Below are positions 27,145 through 37,301 of a stretch of 63,275 bases of DNA, piece after piece. This DNA comes from Candidatus Omnitrophota bacterium (lineage in GTDB: Bacteria > Omnitrophota > Gorgyraeia > Velamenicoccales > Velamenicoccaceae): positions 1 to 63,275 of the forward strand of contig JAZDLG010000036.1 in NCBI GenBank assembly GCA_043802125.1. Direction: 5' to 3'. A model generated the notes under the pieces. It worked only from the letters and a program-made list of their open reading frames with translations. It was not told the origin of the DNA and ran no database searches. The translations under genes were made by a program, and so were the position numbers. Every line of letters starts with the position of its first letter. Positions within the stretch are counted from its first letter, which is position 1.

Positions 27145-27986
27145 TTTACTTTCAAGATCGTATTATCAATCAGCCGTGTTTTGCCGATATAAACCGCCAT
27201 AAGCAGCAGCGCTTCTTTCTCAATGACTTTAAGCGATTCAAGAGTGTTTGGGTCAACTATTTCAATATAATCAATCCGAGCTAATTGCTTACGGCCTATA
27301 AAATCTGCCAAAATACCCTTTATTTTGGCAGTGTCTTTGGTCCCCTGCTTAGCCAGACGTTCAGCTGATTTTAAAGACTGGAACAAAATAACAGCATCGC
27401 TGCGCTCCTGAGCCGAAAGATAGACGTTGCGCGAGCTCATAGCAAGCCCGTCTTTTTCCCGCACGATCGGCAAGACCGATACCATCACGGGAAAATTCAA
27501 GTCTCTTGCCATCTTTTTTATTATCGCGGCCTGCTGAGCGTCCTTTTGGCCGAAATACGCGTTATCCGGTGAAACGATATTGAACAATTTCGCGACAACA
27601 GTCGTAACGCCGATAAAATGACCTTTTCTCGTACTTCCGCACAGGATATCGCTTGTCCCCCTGACTTCAACAAAAGTACAGGAATCTCTCGGATACATAT
27701 CCTTTGGAGTAGGGGTAAAGACAATATCGCAAAATCCTTTTAAAAGCCGCAAATCTTTTTTTAAGTCTCTGGGGTACTTTTTGAGATCTTCGTGGGGGCC
27801 AAACTGGGTAGGATTAACAAAAATACTCACGACTACAACGTCATTTTCTTTACTCGCGCGGCGCACAAGGGAAAGATGTCCCTCATGCAGATAACCCATC
27901 GTAGGCACAAGGCCTATGCGCCGGCCATTGCGTTTTAAGCGGCTGACTTTTTTCTGAAGGATGCTTATTTTTTTTACTATCTTCAC
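27141..27986 (-). CDS. panC: pantoate--beta-alanine ligase
   Basis: VPTMGYLHEGHLSL, FVNPTQF and GQKDAQQ. Confidence 0.95.
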   Translation of the reverse strand: MKIVKKISILQKKVSRLKRNGRRIGLVPTMGYLHEGHLSLVRRASKENDVVVVSIFVNPTQFGPHEDLKKYPRDLKKDLRLLKGFCDIVFTPTPKDMYPRDSCTFVEVRGTSDILCGSTRKGHFIGVTTVVAKLFNIVSPDNAYFGQKDAQQAAIIKKMARDLNFPVMVSVLPIVREKDGLAMSSRNVYLSAQERSDAVILFQSLKSAERLAKQGTKDTAKIKGILADFIGRKQLARIDYIEIVDPNTLESLKVIEKEALLLMAVYIGKTRLIDNTILKVK

Positions 27987-28014
27987 GCCGGAAAAATCCT
28001 ACTCTTTTATTTCG

Positions 28015-28518
28015 TCATGGTATAATCTCTTCATGGCATTTCCTCCAACGGCCGCGCTCCCTTAAAGATAAAAGCATTGCTGACACGTTCCGGCCGCTTA
28101 ACGAATGCTTTAAGCTGGGTGCTATATCACTCAAAGGCTTTAATACAAAAAACCTGTCCTGTATCAACGGATGAGGCACTTTTAAAGCTTTTTTTTCTAT
28201 TCTTTCGCCGCCGTAGAAAAGGATATCAAGGTCTATTTCTCTTGCTGCCCGGCGCCTCTTGCGCGGCTTTCTTCCAACCTTCTTTTCTATCGTCTGTAAA
28301 ACTTTAAGCAGCCTGCCAGGTTCAAGGCTGCAATCTGCCATTAAAACCAGGTTTAAATAATCACCTTGTCCTCTTGGGCCGCCCTGCGGCTTTGTCTCAT
28401 AAACCGACGATACCTTTTTTAGGCGGATGCCAGGAGTGTTTTTTAAAAACTCAACGGCCTTGTTGATATACGCCCATCTATCGCCAATGTTTGAGCCAAC
28501 GCCGATATAACAAACCAT
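28015..28518 (-). CDS. folK: 2-amino-4-hydroxy-6-hydroxymethyldihydropteridine diphosphokinase
   Basis: MVCYIGVGSNIGDR..., YETKPQG, IDLDILFY and VPHPLIQDRFFVL. The track N-terminal extension runs through repeat B2, so the ATG at 28518 with a GGAGG SD is preferred. Confidence 0.9.
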   Translation of the reverse strand: MVCYIGVGSNIGDRWAYINKAVEFLKNTPGIRLKKVSSVYETKPQGGPRGQGDYLNLVLMADCSLEPGRLLKVLQTIEKKVGRKPRKRRRAAREIDLDILFYGGERIEKKALKVPHPLIQDRFFVLKPLSDIAPSLKHSLSGRNVSAMLLSLRERGRWRKCHEEIIP

Positions 28519-28522
28519 TATT

Positions 28523-28630
28523 TCCTCCGCCAATACCCTACAATAAATTACAAGGATGAGGCGTAGGGACTGAAGCAAAGTATAAAAACCTTAAATTTAT
28601 CCTGCGGCTTGCCGCAGGGGCTTCATTTCT
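28523..28630 (-). repeat. intergenic element family B, copy 2
   Basis: AAATGAAG, hairpin CCCCTGCGG-caag-CCGCAGG, a spacer, then CAGTCCCTACGCC, a loop and GGCGGAGG. The last stem arm doubles as the folK SD. Confidence 0.8.
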
Positions 28631-29600
28631 TCTTAAACATATCTCCGAATAACCCTGAAACATCCATAACTGAACTGGAATGTTCTCCCACAGGATACGC
28701 ATAGATCTGAAGCTTATCTGAGATCTTTTCCGCCACTTTTAAAGCCACAACATTTTGACCGCCGCCCAAAGCTTCCGCTTGCAGCCTTTTACCTTCAGCG
28801 TCCGCTTTATAAATAGCTAAATTACCCTTTGCTTCTGCTTCTAACTGATATTGTCTCGCATCAGCTTCTATCTTTGCTGACTGGGCACGGCCTTCAGCTT
28901 CCTGGACAACCCTTAATTTATTACCACGAGCTTCTGCCTCAACTCTTAATGCTTCTTGTTCTTGTGACAATGCCTTATTTTTATTGATCTCTACGCCTTG
29001 AGCAGCTAACTTCTTTTGTTCAATCGCGCTTTCAAATGCCTGGCTAAACTGGAAATGCCTTATCAAAGCATCATGTATTTGAATAGCAGGATATTGTTCA
29101 AGCGATTTAGTTAGTTTATCCTTAAGCATTTGCTGTATTTCCTCACGCACTTTGCCCTGATAGATCTCTTCTGCCGAATAACCACCAATTGCCAACCTTG
29201 CTTCAGAGCGTATTTGAGGCAATAAGATTTGGTCTTCAAAGTTCTGCCCTATCACCTGATGCAATAGAGGAACTTCCTTTGCCTTGAGCGCGTAAATAAC
29301 AGTTAAGTCAACCGAAATGTTCTGTCCGTCATTTGTTTTTAGCTCAAGGTTATACTTCTTTGTGTTCTCATTGCCTTCCGTATCACCGGGAAACGCCCTG
29401 GCTGCAATTTTATAAACAACCATGTCCGTTATCCAGCGGTTAAAAAAATGATACCCGACACCTTTGGGCGTATCAGAAACCTTGTGAGCCACTTTATTGA
29501 TCTCAACCGCCACTTGTGTCGGATGAACATTAACCCAACCAAAGCTCGAAATAAATAAAAACAGAATAAAAATACCGACTACCGATTTTAATGTATTCAT
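28623..29600 (-). CDS. SPFH/band-7 (prohibitin-like) membrane protein
   Basis: N-terminal anchor, an SPFH core and a C-terminal Ala/Glu-rich coiled coil. The ATG at 29600 with a GGAGG SD is preferred. Confidence 0.85.
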   Translation of the reverse strand: MNTLKSVVGIFILFLFISSFGWVNVHPTQVAVEINKVAHKVSDTPKGVGYHFFNRWITDMVVYKIAARAFPGDTEGNENTKKYNLELKTNDGQNISVDLTVIYALKAKEVPLLHQVIGQNFEDQILLPQIRSEARLAIGGYSAEEIYQGKVREEIQQMLKDKLTKSLEQYPAIQIHDALIRHFQFSQAFESAIEQKKLAAQGVEINKNKALSQEQEALRVEAEARGNKLRVVQEAEGRAQSAKIEADARQYQLEAEAKGNLAIYKADAEGKRLQAEALGGGQNVVALKVAEKISDKLQIYAYPVGEHSSSVMDVSGLFGDMFKKK

Positions 29601-29712
29601 AATTAATACCTCCTTTTGCTTTTTAGAGAACCTTCTTAAAAAACCTGGGAATTTAGCCAAAGCATCCAAAATATCATCCCAAAAATCCATTACCAACCCT
29701 TTCAGGCACTTC

Positions 29713-30891
29713 TTAAAGTATATCTACCAGATAAACCTTCATTCTCCCAACGGCTTCTTTAAGCATTTCTTTATCGACTGTCATCGCGAAACGCACATAC
29801 CCTTCGCCGTATTTACCGAATCCGACACCGGGCGTTGCTACGATATTAGCCCTGTCTAAAAGTATTTGAGCGAAGCCAATGGACGATTTGACTTTACGCG
29901 GCAGTTTTGCCCAGACATAAAAAGAGGCTTTGGGTTTATCAACCTTCCATCCTAAGGACCTGAGGCCGTCAACAAACACCTGGAGGCGTTCCGCGTAAAT
30001 TTTATTGTTCTGCTCAATTACGGATGCGCCCTCTTTCAACGCAGCGATGCCTGCTATCTGGATGGCCTGAAAAATACCGGAATCAATGTTGGACTTGACT
30101 TTGGCAAGCGCGGCTATCACATGTTCATTGCCGCAAGCCCAACCTATCCTCCAGCCGGTCATATTAAAGGTCTTTGATAAAGAATGGAATTCAACTCCGA
30201 CATCTTTTGAGCCGGGAAGTTCCAGAAAACTCGGCGGTTTATAACCGTCAAAAGCAATTTCCGAATATGCGGCATCATGTGCTACGACAATGTTAAATTT
30301 AGACGCAAAAGCAACGGCTTTTTCAAAGAATCCTTTATCGGCGGTCGCGGCCGTCGGGTTATTCGGGAAATTCAGGAACATAAGCCTTGCCTTTTCGGCG
30401 ACTTTCGCAGAGATCCCGTCCAGATCAGGCAAGAAACCATTGCTCTGCCTCAAAGCCATACTTTGAGGTTTTCCATCTGCCAAAATAGTTGCATTCCTGT
30501 AGGGCGGATAACCCGGGTCAGGCACAAGTACCACATCTCCTTTATCAATTAACGCGACAGGCAGGTGCGCAATGCCTTCTTTTGACCCTATCAAAGGAAG
30601 AACCTCTTTTTCCGGATCCAGGCTAACATTAAACCGCTGTTTATACCAATCGGCTATTGCCTGCCTTAACTCAAGGCTCCCCTGGTCAAGCGCGTAGCGG
30701 TGGTTCTTTGGGTCTTTGGATGCCTCGTATAGCTTTTCTATTACAAAAGAAGGCGTCGGCATATCCGGATCGCCAACACCTATATCTATAATATTCCTGC
30801 CTTCCTGCCTTGCCTTCCTTTTTGCTGCGTCTATCTGAGCGAATAGATAAGGCGGCAGGCTCTCTAATTTCTTGGATATTGCGATGTTCAT
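29713..30891 (-). CDS. dapL: LL-diaminopimelate aminotransferase
   Basis: KLESLPPYLFAQIDAAK...IIDIGVGDPDMPTP and SLSKTFNMTGWRIGW. The start at 30891 forms an ATGA overlap with the dapB stop. The track N-terminal extension is spurious. Confidence 0.85.
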   Translation of the reverse strand: MNIAISKKLESLPPYLFAQIDAAKRKARQEGRNIIDIGVGDPDMPTPSFVIEKLYEASKDPKNHRYALDQGSLELRQAIADWYKQRFNVSLDPEKEVLPLIGSKEGIAHLPVALIDKGDVVLVPDPGYPPYRNATILADGKPQSMALRQSNGFLPDLDGISAKVAEKARLMFLNFPNNPTAATADKGFFEKAVAFASKFNIVVAHDAAYSEIAFDGYKPPSFLELPGSKDVGVEFHSLSKTFNMTGWRIGWACGNEHVIAALAKVKSNIDSGIFQAIQIAGIAALKEGASVIEQNNKIYAERLQVFVDGLRSLGWKVDKPKASFYVWAKLPRKVKSSIGFAQILLDRANIVATPGVGFGKYGEGYVRFAMTVDKEMLKEAVGRMKVYLVDIL

Positions 30892-31610
30892 TTCATCTCC
30901 TTCAAAACATCCGCCATTCCGAAAAGGCCTGTTTTCTTTTTTACGATGAACTTCGCAGCCTCCAAAGCGCCTTTGGCAAAAATATCGCGTGTTTTTGCGC
31001 AGTGGCGCAAAACAAGCGTATCCCATGGGCTTTCAAATACGACTTCGTGGTCTCCTACGATCTCGCCCTCACGGATAGATTTAATATCAACATCAACATC
31101 CCCGCGCTCCTCTCGGACGATCTGAGCCAGGAATTTAGCAGTGCCTGAAGGCGCGTCTTTCTTATGGACATGATGGGCTTCAGTCATATTAATCTTATAT
31201 TCTGAAGGTAGCTGAACTGCTGCCTCGCGCACAAGCTGGAAAAGAAGATTGACTCCGATAGACATGTTAGGTGAAAAGACGATCGGTATTTTTTTAGAAG
31301 CTGCATTGATGCGGTCTTTTTGTTCCTGTAGAAAACCCGTTGTGCCTACAACAACGGCTTTTTTGAACTTGAGGCAATATTCTATATTAATAAGGGTTGC
31401 CTCCGGCGCGGTAAAATCAACGAGAACATCAACATCCTTGATCATCTCGTGATCGCTGACGACTTCTACATCAACGGCTTTCTCGCCTATCTGCGGATGG
31501 CTCAAACGCTCCAGAGCTAAAATAACCTTGAAATCTTTGTCCTGCGCAGCCAAAGACAAGATACTTGCGCCCATCTTCCCTAACGCGCCGCTAACACCTA
31601 GTTTGATCAT
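30888..31610 (-). CDS. dapB: 4-hydroxy-tetrahydrodipicolinate reductase
   Basis: MIKLGVSGALGKMG, and EAHHVHKKDAPSGTA, which contains the dapB motif E-x-HH-x-x-K-x-D-APSGTA. Confidence 0.9.
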   Translation of the reverse strand: MIKLGVSGALGKMGASILSLAAQDKDFKVILALERLSHPQIGEKAVDVEVVSDHEMIKDVDVLVDFTAPEATLINIEYCLKFKKAVVVGTTGFLQEQKDRINAASKKIPIVFSPNMSIGVNLLFQLVREAAVQLPSEYKINMTEAHHVHKKDAPSGTAKFLAQIVREERGDVDVDIKSIREGEIVGDHEVVFESPWDTLVLRHCAKTRDIFAKGALEAAKFIVKKKTGLFGMADVLKEMK

Positions 31611-32485
31611 AATAAACCATACTCTTTCATGGCAATTTTTAGCTTTGCTAAATTCTCAGGCATCATCTCGCACATCGGAAGCCTCAATGACGGTTCACAA
31701 AGCCCCATCAACCCCATCGCCGTTTTCACAGGTATAGGATTGGTCTCAATGAAAACCGCTTTAATAAGAGGTAACATCTTATAATGCAGCCGACGAGCTT
31801 GGCGTATATCGCCCTCATTAAACGCCGTCACCATTGCCTTAACGTCTTTTGGTATGATATTGGCCACAACTGAAATGATCCCTTCCCCGCCAATAGCCAT
31901 AAGCGGGAGCGTCAATGAATCGTCCCCGGAAAGCATAGTCATTTTTTTCCCGCAAAGTGCTATGATACGCGACATCTGGTCCAGAGAACCGCTCGCTTCT
32001 TTAACTGACACTATATTTTTGCAATCAGCGGCTAATCTCGCTATAGTCTCAGGCTCAATATTCACGCCTGTGCGTGAAGCGATATTGTAAAGAATGATAG
32101 GCAGGTCCACTTTATCGGCTATAGCTTTAAAATGAAGATACAATCCTTTTTGCGTCGGCCTGTTGTAATACGGCGACACCAAAAGGAGGCCGTCAGCTCC
32201 CGCCTTTTTCGCATACAGGCTCATCTCAATAGCTTCCTGGGTAGAATTAGAGCCTGTGCCGGCTATTATAGGCACCCTTTTGTCTGAAGCCTTGATACAG
32301 ATCTCAATGACGCGCTCATGCTCTTCATAATTTAGCGTCGCCGATTCACCGGTCGTGCCGCATGGCACGATACCGTCGGTGCCGTTTTTTATATGGAACT
32401 CTACTAATTTTATTAATGTGCTCTCATCAACGTCGCCTTTTTTAGTGAACGGCGTCACTATCGCTACGATGCACCCTTTAAACAT
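31607..32485 (-). CDS. dapA: 4-hydroxy-tetrahydrodipicolinate synthase
   Basis: AIVTPF, GTTGES, LLVSPYYNRPTQ and the active-site region VKEASG. The ATG at 32485 has an AAGGAG SD. Confidence 0.95.
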   Translation of the reverse strand: MFKGCIVAIVTPFTKKGDVDESTLIKLVEFHIKNGTDGIVPCGTTGESATLNYEEHERVIEICIKASDKRVPIIAGTGSNSTQEAIEMSLYAKKAGADGLLLVSPYYNRPTQKGLYLHFKAIADKVDLPIILYNIASRTGVNIEPETIARLAADCKNIVSVKEASGSLDQMSRIIALCGKKMTMLSGDDSLTLPLMAIGGEGIISVVANIIPKDVKAMVTAFNEGDIRQARRLHYKMLPLIKAVFIETNPIPVKTAMGLMGLCEPSLRLPMCEMMPENLAKLKIAMKEYGLL

Positions 32486-32495
32486 GATCTGCTCC

Positions 32496-33332
32496 TTAGA
32501 TGGGATAACTACCCGTAAACACAATTTGCGCTTTACCTTCAAGCCAAACATCCGTTATCTTCTTTTTAGATATCTTAAAATAAACATTGAGCGACTCTGA
32601 GCTCTTCGTCTTTACAGAAACCTTATGCGACGCGCCGGGATTATCCATTGATTCACCGCCGCTCCCTAATACCGCGACGATCGCGGAGGCCACTGAACCT
32701 GTGCCGCAGGCCAATGTCTCATCTTCAACCCCACGCTCATAGGTCCTCACCAAAATATGATCTGTGTCCGTGACTTTTATAAAATCAACATTCGTTCCAG
32801 CCGGCCCAAAGATCTCGTGGCGCCTGATGGCCCGGCCCATTGCCCTAACATTGATCCTTGATAAGTCTGCTACCTTGACAACCGCGTGAGGCACACCGGT
32901 ATTTATATAATCAACCTCACATTCTTTCCCTCCCGCGTGGATTTTCATGCCCAATTTCACGTCAAGAGGGTCGGTCATCTTCAGCTTGATTATCTCCCCT
33001 TTGACAAAAGCTTCTAATATCCCTGCCTTTGTCTCTATGGTTACTCTTTTTTTGCGGCCTGAAGTTGAAAACCCATGGCTGACATACAGGGCAGCGCACC
33101 TTGCGCCATTCCCGCACATTTCTGCCTCTGAGCCGTCCGCGTTAAAGATCCTCATGCGTATATCCGCCTTATTGGTTTTTTCCAACAACAGCACTCCGTC
33201 TGCGCCTATGCCGTATTTACGGTCGCACATCTTTATAATTAACTGGCGGCTGATGAGTGATGACTGACGGCTCTCAACGACGACAAAATCGTTCCCCGAG
33301 CCCTGCATTTTTGTGATCTTTAAGTGTTTCAT
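32496..33332 (-). CDS. dapF: diaminopimelate epimerase
   Basis: KMQGSGNDFVVV, and the two catalytic Cys contexts EMCGNGARC and ACGTGSVA. Confidence 0.9.
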   Translation of the reverse strand: MKHLKITKMQGSGNDFVVVESRQSSLISRQLIIKMCDRKYGIGADGVLLLEKTNKADIRMRIFNADGSEAEMCGNGARCAALYVSHGFSTSGRKKRVTIETKAGILEAFVKGEIIKLKMTDPLDVKLGMKIHAGGKECEVDYINTGVPHAVVKVADLSRINVRAMGRAIRRHEIFGPAGTNVDFIKVTDTDHILVRTYERGVEDETLACGTGSVASAIVAVLGSGGESMDNPGASHKVSVKTKSSESLNVYFKISKKKITDVWLEGKAQIVFTGSYPI

Positions 33333-34591
33333 AACCTGACGACTCTTTCTGACTTAATGAGGTCGCTCAATTTTTCCCGTTGGCGGATCAAATAAAATTT
33401 TTTGCCCTTGACCAGAACTTCAGCAGCCCTGCGCCTTGAATTATAATTAGACGCCATGGAAAAACCGTATGCCCCTGCTCCCATACAAGCTAAAAATGTG
33501 CCGGGTTCTAAAACGGGCAGGTCCCTGTCCTTAGCCAAAAAATCCCCGCTTTCGCAAATAGGGCCGACAACATCGGATCTTTTTAAAGCGCCATGCATCG
33601 CGATAGCGCCCCTCTTCAAAAGCTGCACTTCATGATAAGCCCCATACAGAGAAGGCCTTATCAGATCGTTCATCCCGGCGTCTACCACAACGAATCTTTT
33701 TACGGGCGAGTCTTTGACGTAAATGACGCGCGTCACCAAAATACCGGCTGAGCCTACGATAAAACGGCCCGGCTCTAAAATAATTTTTAATCCGGCCTTT
33801 CTCAATAAAGGCACGACGCGCGAAGCAAATTCCTCGGCAGTCTGAGATTTTTCTTCTTTATAAATAATACCGAGCCCGCCTCCGATGTTTAACCACTCCA
33901 AACTGACACCCATCTTTTTTAATACGTTAATAAAATAAATTACCCTGCGCAACGCTGCCAAAAAAGGAGCGACCTGAGTTATTTGTGAACCAATGTGGAC
34001 GTGCAAACCTAAAATATGGACCCTTTTGAAATTTTCTTTATTTAAAAAGATTATGCGCGCCGTATCAAAATCAACCCCGAATTTGGTCTCCACAGTGCCT
34101 GTCGCAATATAACGGTGCGTGTGCGGGTCTACATTAGGATTGATGCGCACGCAGACGCGCACGTCTTTTTTTAAACAGCACGCTACCTCGCTTAGCAGGC
34201 CAAGCTCCTGAAGTGATTCAACGTTGAAAAATAAAATGCCATATCTTATAGCGGCCTCCATCTCTTCTCTGGTCTTGCCTACGCTTGCATACACTATTTT
34301 TTTTGGGTTAGCTTTTATCTTTTGAGCGCGATAAAGCTCACCTCCGGATACGATATCAAGGCCAGCACCTTTATCCGTCAGGGCTTTTAATAACGAAAGA
34401 TTTGAGTTTGATTTGACGGAAAAACATATCAAAGGATCAATAGAGGCAAAAGCCCTCTTTAATTTAAGATAGTGGCCTATGAGAGTTTTATAGCTGTAGA
34501 CATAGAGAGGCGTTGAGAACTTTAAAGCTATATCCTCAATACGAACATTTTCGCAATAAAGCTCATTATCCCGGTATCTAAAATCGTGCAT
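33329..34591 (-). CDS. lysA: diaminopimelate decarboxylase
   Basis: Fold-III PLP decarboxylase: FSVKSN, HIGSQI, GGGLGI and CESGD. Confidence 0.95.
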   Translation of the reverse strand: MHDFRYRDNELYCENVRIEDIALKFSTPLYVYSYKTLIGHYLKLKRAFASIDPLICFSVKSNSNLSLLKALTDKGAGLDIVSGGELYRAQKIKANPKKIVYASVGKTREEMEAAIRYGILFFNVESLQELGLLSEVACCLKKDVRVCVRINPNVDPHTHRYIATGTVETKFGVDFDTARIIFLNKENFKRVHILGLHVHIGSQITQVAPFLAALRRVIYFINVLKKMGVSLEWLNIGGGLGIIYKEEKSQTAEEFASRVVPLLRKAGLKIILEPGRFIVGSAGILVTRVIYVKDSPVKRFVVVDAGMNDLIRPSLYGAYHEVQLLKRGAIAMHGALKRSDVVGPICESGDFLAKDRDLPVLEPGTFLACMGAGAYGFSMASNYNSRRRAAEVLVKGKKFYLIRQREKLSDLIKSERVVRL

Positions 34592-34650
34592 TTGGAGCTC
34601 CTAAATATCTTATTTAGCGACATCCTCCAATGTTTTAGTGGCGGAAATAC

Positions 34651-36006
34651 CTATCTTTTTACAGACTTTTTAGAAGAAACTGAAAAAACAGGGTCCAATC
34701 TTTTCAATACTTCTTTTTTATCAAAGTGCGTGGAAAATTGTTTCAATTCTCCATCGCTCATATCTTTGATCTTTTTATTCATTGATAAAGAGAATCGTAT
34801 AAGCTTGCCCACGCTTTCGTGCGCTGCCTTAAACGGCACGCCTTGAGTTACAAGGTGATACGCCAGATCAGTGGCATAAAGCGATTCGTCCTGAAGTTGT
34901 TTATCTACGCTTGCCTTCTTTATCCTTATGGACTTTAAAAGAGGGCAAAGAATATTGACTTCATATCGGACTATATCAAGCGAAGAAAAAAGCGGCTGCT
35001 TATCCCATTGCATATCCCTGTTATACGACATTGGTAACCCCTTCATCGTAGTTAGGACGGCGACAAGGTTCCCGTATAAGATACCACACGCGCCCCGCAT
35101 CAACTCTAAGGCATCGGGATTTTTCTTCTGCGGCATGAGCGAGCTGCCCGTGCAAAATTCATCGCCTATCTCTATAAAATCAAACTCCTTTGTGGACCAA
35201 AGAATAAGGTCTTCCGCAAGGCGGGAAATATGCATGCCAACTATAGCTAAAATTGATAAGGCCTCAATAACAAAATCGCGATCAGCCACAGTAACGAGGC
35301 TGTTCTTAGGAGGTAGCACCTCAAAAGTAGCGTCATCTATCTTTAATTCTTTTAACGCCTTTTTTATCTCTGCTTTATAGATAGAGGCCGCTATAGGTGT
35401 TCCGGCCAAAGCGCCTGAACCCAGAGTTAACTCCAGCCGGCCCACAAAACACTCAAGCCGAGCCGCGTCTTCAACAAACATAGCCTCATATGCGCCTATA
35501 TGATCCCTAAAATAAACAGGCTGCGCGTGCTGCATGTGCGTATAACCCGGAATGACTAAAGACGGATATTGAGACCTAAGATCTTTCAGGCTCTTATTAA
35601 GCTCGGAAAGAGTTCTGTGCAGCGCAAGGGCCTCCTGCATGCAATAAGCCTTAGCGTCAAAGACGACCTGGTCATTCCTTGAGCGGGCAGTCTGCAGTTT
35701 ATCAACCACCGAGCCTAACTTTTTTTCAAGCGCATTCTGCAGGCACGTATGGATGTCTTCACTGGATGCGTCATATTTAAATCTCCCCTTTTGTACATCT
35801 GAAAGCAAAGACTTGATCCCCATCTTAAGCGCTGAAAAATCAGCCTTTGAAATAAGCTTGGCGCCATACAAGACATAGATGTGCAAAAAAGACCCCACGA
35901 GATCACACTCAGCCAGACAATGATCCGTTGATATAGACGAACCAAACTTTTCAAGAAGCGGATGCGTCTTTTTAGCGAACCGGCCACCCCAAAGTTTTTT
36001 AGCCAT
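34651..36006 (-). CDS. argH: argininosuccinate lyase
   Basis: MAKKLWGGRF, GYTHMQHAQP and GSSLMPQKKNPD. Confidence 0.95.
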   Translation of the reverse strand: MAKKLWGGRFAKKTHPLLEKFGSSISTDHCLAECDLVGSFLHIYVLYGAKLISKADFSALKMGIKSLLSDVQKGRFKYDASSEDIHTCLQNALEKKLGSVVDKLQTARSRNDQVVFDAKAYCMQEALALHRTLSELNKSLKDLRSQYPSLVIPGYTHMQHAQPVYFRDHIGAYEAMFVEDAARLECFVGRLELTLGSGALAGTPIAASIYKAEIKKALKELKIDDATFEVLPPKNSLVTVADRDFVIEALSILAIVGMHISRLAEDLILWSTKEFDFIEIGDEFCTGSSLMPQKKNPDALELMRGACGILYGNLVAVLTTMKGLPMSYNRDMQWDKQPLFSSLDIVRYEVNILCPLLKSIRIKKASVDKQLQDESLYATDLAYHLVTQGVPFKAAHESVGKLIRFSLSMNKKIKDMSDGELKQFSTHFDKKEVLKRLDPVFSVSSKKSVKR

Positions 36007-36026
36007 TTTCCCCTCGATTTAATTTA

Positions 36027-36133
36027 TTGACCCTCGCCATTTACCTAATAAATGCATCATGGTAAATGCCAAGGGTCAAATTCGGCCCTATAACTTATGT
36101 TCTCTTTCGCTCCATAAGTTATGGCCTCATTTG
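36027..36133 (-). repeat. intergenic element family E, copy E5
   Basis: Minus strand: AAATGA, P1 GGCC/GGCC, P2 ATAACTTATG/CATAAGTTAT (loop GAGCGAAAGAGAA), GAATT, then P3 a 19-bp stem TGACCCTTGGCATTTACC.../...GGTAAATGGCGAGGGTCA. The last four argG codons (Q, M, R, P) and the stop lie inside it. Confidence 0.85.
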
Positions 36134-37294
36134 AAAAGGTAATCCCCAAAGCCGTATAAAACCTTCAGCTAGCTTTTGGTCAAATTTATCTTTCTCGGTA
36201 TATGTGGCCAACGACTCCTTATATAAAGACTTCGGAGATTTTCTACCCACCACGATACAATTACCTTTATAGAGTTTTAGACGCACTGTCCCTGCCACGT
36301 TCTTTTGAGTCTCTTTGATAAAAGCATCCATGGATCTCTTTAGCTCGGAGAACCATAAGCCGTAATAAACGAGCTCCGCGTATTTTTGTTCCAGGGACTG
36401 TTTGAAATGCATAAGCTCCCTGTCTAATACTAAGCTCTCTAAATCCCTGTGAGCAGCATAAAGGCACGTCGCCGCAGGAAATTCATAGATCTCGCGCGAC
36501 TTAATACCCACGAGCCTGTTCTCAACCATGTCCACCCTGCCGACGCCGTTTTTGCCACCGGCTTCATGCAGTCGCCGGATAAGAGCCTGCAATTCCATCT
36601 TTTTTCCGTTGACCGAAACCGGAACACCCTTATCAAAGCCTATCTCAATATAAGTAGGTTTTGAAGGCGCGTCCTCGGGTGCCACTGTCATCTGATAAGC
36701 GTCCTTTGGCGGCTCGTGATATGGGTCTTCCAATACGCCGCATTCAATGCTTATGCCCCAAAGATTCTTATCTATACTGTAAACCTTTTTCTTAGTGACA
36801 TTTAAAGGGATATTGTTCCGCTTGGCATAATCTATCTCTTCCTCTCTTGATTTAAACTCCCACTCCCGGACAGGCGCTACTATTTCAAGCTTTGGATCCA
36901 GAATATGGGCCGTCACTTCAAAACGCACCTGGTCATTGCCTTTACCTGTGCAGCCATGGCCTATGGCCGTCGCTTTTTCCAGGTGAGCCACTTCTACTAA
37001 ATGCCGTGCGATCAGTGGCCGAGTCAATGCCGTAGCCAGTAGATACTTACCCTCATAAGCTGCATTAGCCTGTAGCGTAGGAAGGATATAGTCACTAATA
37101 AACTCCTGTTTCAGATCACCAACATAGACTCTTTTGGCCCCGGTCTTTAAGGCCCTTTTTTCAACTTGCGCGAAATCTTCGCCCTGGCCTACATCACCGA
37201 TGTAAGCAATGACTTCATAACCTTTATCTTTAAGCCATTTGATGGCGCAGGACGTATCCAGGCCGCCTGAATATGCTAATACGACTTTCTTCAC
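36119..37294 (-). CDS. argG: argininosuccinate synthase
   Basis: VVLAYSGGLDTS, HGCTGKGNDQVRFE and the remaining conserved motifs. Confidence 0.97.
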   Translation of the reverse strand: MKKVVLAYSGGLDTSCAIKWLKDKGYEVIAYIGDVGQGEDFAQVEKRALKTGAKRVYVGDLKQEFISDYILPTLQANAAYEGKYLLATALTRPLIARHLVEVAHLEKATAIGHGCTGKGNDQVRFEVTAHILDPKLEIVAPVREWEFKSREEEIDYAKRNNIPLNVTKKKVYSIDKNLWGISIECGVLEDPYHEPPKDAYQMTVAPEDAPSKPTYIEIGFDKGVPVSVNGKKMELQALIRRLHEAGGKNGVGRVDMVENRLVGIKSREIYEFPAATCLYAAHRDLESLVLDRELMHFKQSLEQKYAELVYYGLWFSELKRSMDAFIKETQKNVAGTVRLKLYKGNCIVVGRKSPKSLYKESLATYTEKDKFDQKLAEGFIRLWGLPFQMRP

Positions 37295-37301
37295 AATTCT
37301 C

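Noticed and set aside
29713-31026. N-terminal extensions in the ORF track. These affect dapL to 31026, fabF to 51451, folK to 28578, dapA to 32551, fabD to 53540, SPFH to 29696, rplM to 43657, truA to 46102, exbB to 14043, argB to 40304, yceD to 56223 and pilB to 6413.
   Set aside because: The extensions overlap upstream genes or repeat elements and lack homology-like sequence. Internal ATGs with SDs give canonical N-termini.
34592-34650. Lysine riboswitch (L-box) upstream of lysA, T-box or ARG-box upstream of argC, and cobalamin riboswitch near the B12-rSAM gene.
   Set aside because: The gaps are too short: 59 nt before lysA, and the B12-rSAM gene directly abuts its upstream neighbour with no gap. 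I could not find the conserved riboswitch cores or a convincing ARG box by eye.
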